From the IMG/VR virus record IMGVR_UViG_3300025288_001461: a stretch of 34,163 nucleotides of DNA. One strand, 5' to 3'. The notes beneath the pieces were generated by a model, which was not told where the DNA came from, searched no databases, and worked only from the letters and a program-made list of their open reading frames with translations. The DNA is from a virus. Its lineage: Duplodnaviria; Heunggongvirae; Uroviricota; Caudoviricetes. The position numbers and the translations under genes are program-made. This document shows, in pieces, positions 8,826-16,989 of the stretch. Within the stretch, counting starts at the first letter, position 1. Every line of letters starts with the position of its first letter.

Positions 8826-9815
8826 ATGAAACAGTTTAAGGTAAAAAATGGAACCATATTTAATGGTGATGTATTAGATGCATATAATAAATGGGAGTCT
8901 CCAATTTGTATTGTTTCAGATAGACCTTATGGAATAGATGGTTATGAAGGTGATGAATTAACACCCAATACACTAAGTGATGCATATCTTCCTCATGTTG
9001 AGGCCTGGACAAAAGCATCTAACTCACAAACAACATTATGGTTTTGGTGCACTGAACTTGGTTGGGCGAATGTTCATCCAATTCTAGAAAACAATGGTTG
9101 GTTATATCGTGGTTCAAATGTGTGGAATAAGGGAATTAAACATGTAGCTGGTAATTGTAATGGGAAGACTATGAGAAAGTTTCCAACAGTAACAGAAGTT
9201 TGTGTTCATTATGTAAGAAAAGAAGAATTTAAATTAAATGATGGTAGCACTCTAAGTATTCAAGATTGGATGCGTAATGAATGGAAAAGAACAGGTTTAT
9301 CATTTGCTGAATCAAATATAGCTTGTGGTGTTAAAAATGCGGCCTCTAGAAAATATTTTGCAAGAGATCATTTGTGGTACTTCCCACCACAAGAAGAGTT
9401 CTTAAAATTAGTTGATTATGCTAATAAAAAGGGTAGTAGTGATGGAGCACCATATTTTTCCATAGATGGAATAAATGCTTTATCTAAAAATCAATGGAGT
9501 AGAATTAGAACAAAATTTAATTTTGAATATGGCATAACAAATGTTTGGGATTGTCCTCCATTAAATGGAAAAGAGAGACTTAAATATGAATCAAAGTTGG
9601 CTCATCCAAATCAAAAACCCCTAGAATTAATGAAGAGAATTATTTTAGCTAGTACCGATGTTGGTGATTTAGTTTGGGAACCATTTGCAGGAACATCTTC
9701 TGCAAGTGTTGCTAGTATAGAATTAAATAGAAGATTTTTAGCCTGAGAAATAAAAACTAGTTATTTTAACCAGTCAGTTGATAGAATAAATAAATATAAT
9801 ATAGGAGAAATATAA
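8826..9815 (+). pseudogene. Beta-class N4-C/N6-A DNA methyltransferase with a premature TGA (9744-9746)
   Basis: Motif IV region IVSDRPYG near the N-terminus, TNVW, HPNQKP, motif I WEPFAG near the C-terminus. The frame continues after TGA as EIKTSYFNQSVDRI... to TAA 9813-9815, which overlaps the next ATG (TAATG). Confidence 0.85.
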
Positions 9816-10318
9816 TGGGACCACAATTTAATGTATTTGGCAAATTAAAAAAATTAGAACTGTCAGAAATTAAATTATATGAGGGAGATAAGCCATTAGA
9901 GAAAAATGTAGCATCATTTTATTCTAATCCTGAATTTCCAGCGCATATATCGGGTTTAGATTCAGAGTTGTTTTATAAGTGCAATGGTAAAAGAATGTTA
10001 TTTGGAGCCGCCACATATATTGAATATGGTGAGTTTAAAAATCACTTGGCAAAAATTGCAGGATTTGAAACAGCAGAAAAATTATGGACTAGTGGAGTTC
10101 CAACATTCTTCCTAGAATTAATTAATTTTTCAAATTCAGTAGGAACTATTGGTCCAGTTATTTGCCAAAAGTTATATAGTGATTTTAAAGATAATTATGA
10201 AATAGCAGAAAAATATTTTATTAATTTAGATAATGGGGAAAAGTTTTGGATGCATTATCAAAATTGGTGTAAGGCATTACATGTAGCGAAACAAAATGGG
10301 GCAATTTTAATTTCATAG
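9815..10318 (+). CDS. Conserved phage-type hypothetical protein
   Basis: ELINFS..GTIGP..C.KL..DF...W..A...A..NGA pattern recalled from small phage/plasmid proteins. GGAG SD. Confidence 0.75.
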   Translation: MGPQFNVFGKLKKLELSEIKLYEGDKPLEKNVASFYSNPEFPAHISGLDSELFYKCNGKRMLFGAATYIEYGEFKNHLAKIAGFETAEKLWTSGVPTFFLELINFSNSVGTIGPVICQKLYSDFKDNYEIAEKYFINLDNGEKFWMHYQNWCKALHVAKQNGAILIS

Positions 10319-10336
10319 TGCTAGAGAAAATCTGTT

Positions 10337-10365
10337 TTTACAAGTAAATTTGAAATTAATATAAT
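10337..10365 (+). promoter_or_regulatory. sigma70-type promoter
   Basis: TTTACA (10337-10342), 17 nt, TATAAT (10360-10365). Confidence 0.7.
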
Positions 10366-10413
10366 ATATACTATAATTAATCATGAAATATTAATTTAAT
10401 GAGGAAGTGAAGT

Positions 10414-11001
10414 ATGAAAGTTATTAATTTATTTGGAGCACCAAGTGCTGGCAAAAGTACAACAATGTTAGGTTTAACATATCATATGAAATTAATGGGG
10501 TTATCTGTAGAAAATACCCCTGAATTTTTCAAAGAAATGATTTATGAAGATAGTAAAACCGAGTTATTTGGTGGTCAACTTTATGTTTTAGGAGAACAAA
10601 ACCGTAGAATAGCAAGATTAAATGGTAAAAATGATTTTGCCGTTACAGATTGCCCATTACAATTAATTGGGTTTTATACACCACCAGATTATGTTCCTGG
10701 ATTTAATTCTTTTGTAAAAAATTTAAATGATACATATAATAATGTAAATTATTATATTGAGCGTAATCATGAATTTGAAAATGAAAAAAGAGTTCATGAT
10801 GAAGCTCAATCAAAAAATATTGAAAATAATTTACCAAATTATTTAAATGAAATGGGGATTAAATATAAAACAATTAAATCCGGTGAAGATTTAGTTCAAA
10901 ACCTTATTGATGACCTAATTTTTAGTAATGTAATTACAGTTGAAAACATCAAGAATTCTAGAAGTGAAAAGGTTAGAGAAAAATATTTAAAACTAAAATA
11001 A
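10414..11001 (+). CDS. NadR/Ttd14-like P-loop ATPase or nucleotide kinase (AAA_28-like)
   Basis: INLFGAPSAGKST Walker A, PEFFKEMIYE, VTDCPL, YYIER...R.H. GAGG SD. Confidence 0.8.
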   Translation: MKVINLFGAPSAGKSTTMLGLTYHMKLMGLSVENTPEFFKEMIYEDSKTELFGGQLYVLGEQNRRIARLNGKNDFAVTDCPLQLIGFYTPPDYVPGFNSFVKNLNDTYNNVNYYIERNHEFENEKRVHDEAQSKNIENNLPNYLNEMGIKYKTIKSGEDLVQNLIDDLIFSNVITVENIKNSRSEKVREKYLKLK

Positions 11002-11100
11002 TAAACCAATATTTTATATTAAATTTGATTTATTGTAATGAAGTAGTATAATGTTTATGTTAGTTGACGGTTATTAATTTATTAATTCAAGGAAAATAAA

Positions 11101-11277
11101 ATGAAGATGAATCCAAAAGAAGTGGAAACACTTTTAGAACAAGATAGTGATGTTTTGGAATTTAAAATTGACAAAGAAAAAGTCAATGAAAAAATAAATA
11201 AATTGCATGCAAAAGAAGTGCGTGCTGATAAGTCAGTGTATGGGAATAAAGACCCTAAGCGTAAATTTAAAAACTAA
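11101..11277 (+). CDS. Small charged hypothetical protein (58 aa), absent from the ORF track
   Basis: AAGGA SD, ATG 11101, MKMNPKEVETLLEQDSDVLEFKIDKEK...KDPKRKFKN* (TAA 11275-11277). Upstream TTGATT-16-TATAAT at 11025-11052, downstream TACTAAT/ATTAGTA hairpin. Confidence 0.7.
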   Translation: MKMNPKEVETLLEQDSDVLEFKIDKEKVNEKINKLHAKEVRADKSVYGNKDPKRKFKN

Positions 11278-11302
11278 CTTTACTAATTTTTATTAGTAGT
11301 AG

Positions 11303-11830
11303 TTAAGACCAAAGGTTAAGACTTCTACTAATATCTTTCAGGTTAGATAAGCTAAGTCCATTATTTTTGTTAACAAAAATACTGTGATTATAGTTTACAG
11401 TATATTCTTTTGTAATATCTAATTGATTTTTATATTCATCACTAATTAGTGCTGTTAAATTTCCTTGAGGATTAGATTTAGTCCATAAATGAATGGCAGC
11501 TAATGGTGATGTATATTCAAGGTAATTGACATGCCAATTGTCATGTAGAGATACATTGAGTTCATTTATAGAAAACAAATATTCAAAATTTTCTTTTGCG
11601 TGTTTTTCTTCTGTAATCCACAAATCTAATAAAACAACATTGAATTCATAAAGTTCTTGAAGATTATTAATAAATTGTACAGCAATTGGGTCAGCATGTG
11701 AATTTAAAATATGTTCATTAAAGTTGAAGTCATTCAATAGTTTAATTTTTGAATCTTTAAAAACATTAGTTCTGTCACTAAAAAATGTATTTCTTAAATC
11801 AATAAAAATAGTGTTAAGTGATTCTTTCAT
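11303..11830 (-). CDS. Degenerate HAD-fold protein of the 'Swiss Army Knife RNA repair-like' type
   Basis: Overall pattern IFID....ADPIAVQFIN.L......VVL..W...HDNW...IHLW....P...ISDE...NGLS fits, but motif I reads DLRNT instead of DxDGV. Confidence 0.5.
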   Translation of the reverse strand: MKESLNTIFIDLRNTFFSDRTNVFKDSKIKLLNDFNFNEHILNSHADPIAVQFINNLQELYEFNVVLLDLWITEEKHAKENFEYLFSINELNVSLHDNWHVNYLEYTSPLAAIHLWTKSNPQGNLTALISDEYKNQLDITKEYTVNYNHSIFVNKNNGLSLSNLKDISRSLNLWS

Positions 11831-11858
11831 TTGATTGTTCTCATGTAAATGTTATAAT
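11831..11858 (+). promoter_or_regulatory. sigma70-type promoter in a 62-bp divergent intergenic region
   Basis: TTGATT (11831-11836), 16 nt, TGn-TATAAT (11853-11858). Confidence 0.6.
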
Positions 11859-11892
11859 TATCAAATAATAAAAAGTTTTAAGGAAAAAGCAA

Positions 11893-12345
11893 ATGTTAAG
11901 AATGTATCATGGCACAACTTCAAAAAATTTGGATAAACTAATTAAAACTGGATCTGAAAAGTTATATTTAACAATGGATGAAGACCAGGCTCAATACTAT
12001 GCAGAATGTGCTAGTGAAGATGATGAGAGTGAGCCAAAAATTATTGTTGTTGAAATATGTGAGAGTATGTTGTTTGCTGACACACCAAGTTTTGATGAGC
12101 CTTTAACATATATTTTAAATTACAACAATTTAAATGAGTCTGAATGGCATGAGGCTATTAATTCTGGAGAAATTAAATATCCATCAATTAAAGATTGGAA
12201 AACATCTTTAAAGTATACAAAAAATGTAATTGCCATAGGGAATATAAAGCCGGAACAAATCTTGGGAGAAGATGCTAGCTTAACTGAAGAAGATATTAAA
12301 AGGGTTGAATTACTTTTTGTAAAAGTTAAAAAAATGAAAAGCTAA
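11893..12345 (+). CDS. Stand-alone ADP-ribosyltransferase-fold (Tpt1 C-domain-like) protein
   Basis: MYHGTT..LD.L...G...LYLT.....A..YA......PKIIVVEI parallels the YHGT..G..VHLS..A..PVVLKI core of the KptA in this window. Confidence 0.5.
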   Translation: MLRMYHGTTSKNLDKLIKTGSEKLYLTMDEDQAQYYAECASEDDESEPKIIVVEICESMLFADTPSFDEPLTYILNYNNLNESEWHEAINSGEIKYPSIKDWKTSLKYTKNVIAIGNIKPEQILGEDASLTEEDIKRVELLFVKVKKMKS

Positions 12346-13389
12346 TTAAGCAAGTCTATGTATTTTTAAATGTTCTGAAAATAAGAAATAAATTCCATCA
12401 GAATCGAATTCAAGCCACTGTTTGATAATTGTATTAGTAAGTGTATTTTCATTTATGGCAATTTTAGATAGTTTTTTTCTTTCCATATCTATTTTAAGAG
12501 CATGTTGTCTATTAATATCATTAATATTATAAAATAATTCCTGAGTTTTCTTTAATTCAATTTTAGCTTTTTCAAATTGTTCTTTCATCCGAATCTCCGA
12601 TTTCATTGAGTTTATAGCTGAAATATTAACAAAATATTTAAATGCATATTTTAAGTCAAGCTTTAAAAGAGAGTTATCTTTATAGTTTAATGTTTCAGGA
12701 TATAAGGATTTAAAATTTTCAACATAATAAGAAAGGTTTGTACATCTAGCGGCAATTGTTGAATTTTTTAAAGAAGAAGAATCAGTTAGTTTTTTATTAA
12801 CAGAATAGGATTCATTATCTTCTAATGAAATGGCGACATCAATTTCCTCTATAAGTTCTTTACAGTTTTTAACAATTAAGGTTGCTTGGTTAAGCATATC
12901 AGAATGGTATGTTTTTTTATCTAATTTCCAATTGAGACAATAAGATATAAAGGGGGGATCAGTTTTATTGATAGCTAATTGCATTTTATTAAGCAATTGA
13001 TCAACTTTAATTTGTTCTAATATTTTTAGAGATAATTTAGAGATAATTTCATTATGGTTTTTATTTATTTCTAAATAATTTTTTTCTTGCAAATCTTCCA
13101 TAGATTTTTTTTGTTTTTTCAATGTAACTTTAATCTCCATGAGAGTATTCATTAGTTTTTTATCAAATTGAGGAATTTTTGAGAATTCTCTTATTCTTTG
13201 ATTTGCATAGGTTGATTGTATTCCTATTTTTGTTGATTGTTCTTGAAGAAACCAATCATAATCCATTAGTTTTTTAAATTGCAATTCTTCATCAATAAAA
13301 GTCTTTGGACTATTAAAGTTTTTAAAACAAAGTTCAAAAATATAATTCGAATATTTTTTTCTCAATAATACAACGTCAGTAAATTTCAT
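12346..13389 (-). CDS. Hypothetical helical/coiled-coil protein (347 aa)
   Basis: Long ATG-started ORF rich in K/E/L. Its stop abuts the convergent stop at 12345. Confidence 0.8.
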   Translation of the reverse strand: MKFTDVVLLRKKYSNYIFELCFKNFNSPKTFIDEELQFKKLMDYDWFLQEQSTKIGIQSTYANQRIREFSKIPQFDKKLMNTLMEIKVTLKKQKKSMEDLQEKNYLEINKNHNEIISKLSLKILEQIKVDQLLNKMQLAINKTDPPFISYCLNWKLDKKTYHSDMLNQATLIVKNCKELIEEIDVAISLEDNESYSVNKKLTDSSSLKNSTIAARCTNLSYYVENFKSLYPETLNYKDNSLLKLDLKYAFKYFVNISAINSMKSEIRMKEQFEKAKIELKKTQELFYNINDINRQHALKIDMERKKLSKIAINENTLTNTIIKQWLEFDSDGIYFLFSEHLKIHRLA

Positions 13390-13575
13390 GTTAATTTCTA
13401 TATAAATATCATTATTATTAAAATAGTTTAAAAAAAACAGAAAGACAAGACATAAATGGATTGACTTTTTTATTATTATGAAATAGTTTTAAAAAGAGGT
13501 TTGAAAAAATCTCATAATAATAATAAAAAAAATCAAAGAGACTATAATTTGTAAAAATATATAGTAAGGGAAAAG

Positions 13576-13607
13576 AAAAAGCATCAATAAAATGATGCTT
13601 TTTTTTT
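13576..13607. terminator. Intrinsic terminator, probably bidirectional
   Basis: AAAAAGCATCA-ATAAAA-TGATGCTTTTTTTTT, 20 bp beyond the stop of the 13627 gene. Confidence 0.8.
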
Positions 13608-13626
13608 AATAAAAATACGTCTTATT

Positions 13627-15117
13627 TTAAGAGTTAGGATGTTCTTTTGAATCTAATAATATGGCTGGACTATCTGCCTTAATAAATCCCCATTCTAAGT
13701 CAAGATTTTTTAATCCTGTAGTTATTATATCTCCAAGAAAATCAACAGCTTGCCCATTATTTACCTTGATTATTCCATTTTCATAGTTAAGAGAAACTTT
13801 AAATTGTTTAGGATTTTCTGTTGGAATAACATCTTGATTTAATTTGTTATTTTGACTTAAAAGATTATTTGCCATTTGAGCAAGTTCACCATCAGCAGTT
13901 AAACTAGCACCAAATTTACTTTGTCCTGAAATTGTAAAGTCTTTACCTAATAGAGTTGGTAAAATTTCATAATGACCATTAAAATCAATAGAATTATCTT
14001 GGTTTTTAAATTTAATTTTATCAATACTAAAACTTAAGCCAGATTTAAGACTATCAATAATGGTTATGTTTGCATCCGCTTGGTCTTTTTCAGAAAAGTT
14101 AATACCTGATGCATACATTGTTGTCGCTTTCTTATATAGGGTCATCATTTTATTGTCGATTCCATTAATGGAGTATCCAAGTTCAAAAGAAGATTTTTTT
14201 TGATTTAATATAGTTAATTCACTAACTTTAGAATCAAATTTTATATTAAATTTATTATTTATATTATTGACAGAAGCAAATAATTCAATTCCATTAACAG
14301 TAAAGGCATCTGTTCCATTATTAATTGTTGCCATTTTAAGAACAAACTCCCCCAATGCTAAACTGTTAATATTAAAGTTATGACTACCATTTATTCCGGA
14401 TGCAACAAGTTTATCTGTGGAGTCTTCCAAATCTTCAGCCGTAATAGATGCATATTTAAAATTATTCTTAATGTCTCCAGTTTTACTAGTGAAAGTTAAA
14501 TCACCCCAAGCACCAATAAAAGAAACAATCATTCCTGTTTCACCAATTGGTTTAACTGGTTGTGTGGTAGGCTGTGATTTATCTATAGAAATAGAAGATA
14601 TAGCTGGTTCTTGAGTTTCAATAGAAGGTTTTATTGGTAATGTATCGTAATTTGTTTTTGCAATGACAAAACTAAAGTCATTAATAAGATAAGTAGAGGA
14701 AATACTTCCATCTTCTTTAATTAAGCCATTGATTTCAATGATATTATCTTCTTTAGATTTTAATTTTGTTTTCTTAATGAATTCACCATCAACTTTACCT
14801 TTAGCAGTAAATTTAATGTCACCACCAAAAAAAGAATAGAAATCATGTGATGCTTTATATTTAAATATAATATTACCATTGTAATCTGTAGTATCTTTTT
14901 CTGAAAAAGATAACTTATAAGTTCCCGTAGATTCAAATAAACCATTTTCAGAACTAATCTGTTCAAATTTTAATTGTGCTAATAGATTACTATTAACTTT
15001 TTGCATGTTTTTAACCATAGAGGCTTCTCTATTCTCCATGTTGGCTTTAGCTAAATATGTAATGCCACCTAATGAAATCATAACTATTACTAAACCACCA
15101 ATGATTTTTTTACTCAT
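13627..15117 (-). CDS. YdgA/DUF945-like membrane-anchored exported protein
   Basis: Likely ATG at 15117 after GGAGA. MSKKIIGGLVIVMISLGGITY anchor, then GLFESTG, a long beta-rich body, and a C-terminal ..YENGIIKVN typical of DUF945. Confidence 0.65.
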   Translation of the reverse strand: MSKKIIGGLVIVMISLGGITYLAKANMENREASMVKNMQKVNSNLLAQLKFEQISSENGLFESTGTYKLSFSEKDTTDYNGNIIFKYKASHDFYSFFGGDIKFTAKGKVDGEFIKKTKLKSKEDNIIEINGLIKEDGSISSTYLINDFSFVIAKTNYDTLPIKPSIETQEPAISSISIDKSQPTTQPVKPIGETGMIVSFIGAWGDLTFTSKTGDIKNNFKYASITAEDLEDSTDKLVASGINGSHNFNINSLALGEFVLKMATINNGTDAFTVNGIELFASVNNINNKFNIKFDSKVSELTILNQKKSSFELGYSINGIDNKMMTLYKKATTMYASGINFSEKDQADANITIIDSLKSGLSFSIDKIKFKNQDNSIDFNGHYEILPTLLGKDFTISGQSKFGASLTADGELAQMANNLLSQNNKLNQDVIPTENPKQFKVSLNYENGIIKVNNGQAVDFLGDIITTGLKNLDLEWGFIKADSPAILLDSKEHPNS

Positions 15118-15198
15118 ATATTTCTCCAATTGTGATTTATCGTATAGTAAAACTTAAAAGAATCAATGATATTTTGCTGTTTTTTTAGAAATAATGAA

Positions 15199-16929
15199 CT
15201 AAATTTTTATTTTCTTTTTTTCTATAACATTATTTTCTGTCATCGTATGGGATAAGCAAATTTTATTTAAATAATTATATAAATTCATACTACCTTCATA
15301 AAAGTTAATTTTCTCATCAGTAATAGATTGATGATTTAATTTTTCTAACGCAAGATTCCAATTTAATGTTTTATCCGTAGCACAATAATCAATCATTGTC
15401 ATATATAATTGATATCTTTCTGTTGATTCTTTAATTTTTTTTGTTCCATAAAAATCAAAAAGCTGAGAAACTATTTGAAAATATTTTCCTCTATAATCAA
15501 TTTCTAAATTATCATTTTGAGATAGTAAAGATAAATGTTCATCAATTAAAAAAATAGATTTTCGTGAAAAAGATTCATTGCTTAAATAGACATTAAAATT
15601 TATTTCTCTTTCTTTCAAATAGGTTGAAGAATAAGTTGTACTTGGAGCATAAACCGGAGCAAAAAAAGTTTGTTCTAAAATATTGCTAATTAATTGGAGT
15701 TTTTTATTAATTCCTGTTTTTTCCAAGTTTTGTTTACTAAATTTTTTAGAAAGGATTTCTAAATCGTCATAGTTAATATTTAATATTGAATTATATTTTG
15801 CTTCTCCAGTAGTCAGGATTAATGCGAAATTATTATATGTTGTCCCATTATTGTCTGTTTTTTGTTCAAATAGCTTTTGTAAAAATGTTTTATATTCAAT
15901 TTTATTTTCACTTAATAAAGTTTTAAAATCCTTATTGTCAGTATTTGAATCTAAAATAGAAGAAAGAAAAATTGTATTGCTTATTGGAAAGTAGTCAAAA
16001 ATATCAGCACCATTATTAAGTAGTTTTTTAAAAATAATTGGATTTTTATGTTCAGAAGAATAAGCCCACAATGGAATTTCTTCTGGGAAATAAGATGAAA
16101 TGTTACTTGTTCCATGTTTATTTAGTGCTACTTTTAATAGGTCAAAGTTTTTTGTTTGAGATAAAGTTCTAGCAATAATTGTTTCTTTACCAAAATCAGT
16201 AACAAGGGGGAAAATAGTTTCAATAAATGATATCACTAAAGGAATATCAATTTTTTCTTGATTTAAATGATAATTCATCCAACTATCAGACTTGGTTTCA
16301 AGTGAAGAGTATGTTATTTTTGAGTAAACATCTAGTAGCAATGGATTTTTTAAACAATATTTAAAAAAAGCCTCATCTAAAGATAGCTCATCTTCAAATC
16401 CATGCACTTTTTTAGGTTCATAGGTTGCTAAAGAGCTTAATATAAAGTATTCATTTTTAAGTTCTGAAAGACTATTGTGAAATCCATTTTTAAAAAGAGA
16501 TAATACTAGTGGTTCTATTAATATTTTTGTTTTTTCCTCATCTTTTAATTTTGAAATAGAATAATCTTTTAGAATGGTAGAAAATTGTTTATCATTAAGA
16601 TAAGGTAGTAAAAAGAAAATAATTGGAGCATCATTTGGAATTTGAGAGTCCCAAAACTTATTAAATTTGGTAATTTTTTTGTCATCAATTTCTATATAGT
16701 TTCTAATTAAGTTTAGATTGCGACTAATCATTAAATCAAAAAGAAAGTTTTTATCTTCTTCTTTATCAACGATAGAAAACATATTTATTATAAAATTTGA
16801 ATCATTTAAAAGATTACCTGGAGAATCAAGACTAGATAATGCAAGTTTAAATAAAGAAAATGTATCACCATTAGAAAAATCAATTAATGATTTTTGAATG
16901 TTATCTTCATTTATATAATTAAATCGCAT
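15199..16929 (-). CDS. Large hypothetical protein with degenerate ankyrin-like repeats, ending KKKIKI
   Basis: 576 aa. The segment PLWAYS..HKNPIIFKKLLNNGADIF is ankyrin-like. Confidence 0.7.
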   Translation of the reverse strand: MRFNYINEDNIQKSLIDFSNGDTFSLFKLALSSLDSPGNLLNDSNFIINMFSIVDKEEDKNFLFDLMISRNLNLIRNYIEIDDKKITKFNKFWDSQIPNDAPIIFFLLPYLNDKQFSTILKDYSISKLKDEEKTKILIEPLVLSLFKNGFHNSLSELKNEYFILSSLATYEPKKVHGFEDELSLDEAFFKYCLKNPLLLDVYSKITYSSLETKSDSWMNYHLNQEKIDIPLVISFIETIFPLVTDFGKETIIARTLSQTKNFDLLKVALNKHGTSNISSYFPEEIPLWAYSSEHKNPIIFKKLLNNGADIFDYFPISNTIFLSSILDSNTDNKDFKTLLSENKIEYKTFLQKLFEQKTDNNGTTYNNFALILTTGEAKYNSILNINYDDLEILSKKFSKQNLEKTGINKKLQLISNILEQTFFAPVYAPSTTYSSTYLKEREINFNVYLSNESFSRKSIFLIDEHLSLLSQNDNLEIDYRGKYFQIVSQLFDFYGTKKIKESTERYQLYMTMIDYCATDKTLNWNLALEKLNHQSITDEKINFYEGSMNLYNYLNKICLSHTMTENNVIEKKKIKI

Positions 16930-16931
16930 AA

Positions 16932-16972
16932 AAAAATCCCTCTGTTAATTTAATTTTAACAAAAGGATTTTT
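16932..16972 (-). terminator. Hairpin/terminator after secA, overlapping the SD of the 16929 gene
   Basis: mRNA AAAAAUCCUUUUGUUAA-loop-UUAACAGAGGGAUUUUU forms a 17-bp stem with two G.U pairs. Its U-run leads directly into the ATG. Confidence 0.65.
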
Positions 16973-16989
16973 AAAGTAAACAATAAAAG

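Noticed and set aside
5525-9746. Genome-wide TGA recoding (code 4 or 25) or selenocysteine, suggested by two in-frame TGAs
   Set aside because: Long genes contain no internal TGA and use TGG for Trp throughout. TGA ends genes plausibly elsewhere (ATGA overlap at 24138-24141, 29405-29407). TAA lesions also occur, and no SECIS-like hairpin was evident. Site-specific read-through remains possible.
8371-10318. A restriction-modification pair around the methyltransferase
   Set aside because: Neither flanking ORF shows a PD-(D/E)xK, HNH or GIY-YIG motif that I can recognise.
13411-13498. Imperfect direct repeat TATTATTA..AAATAGTTT.AAAAA
   Set aside because: Low-complexity A/T sequence, expected by chance at this composition.
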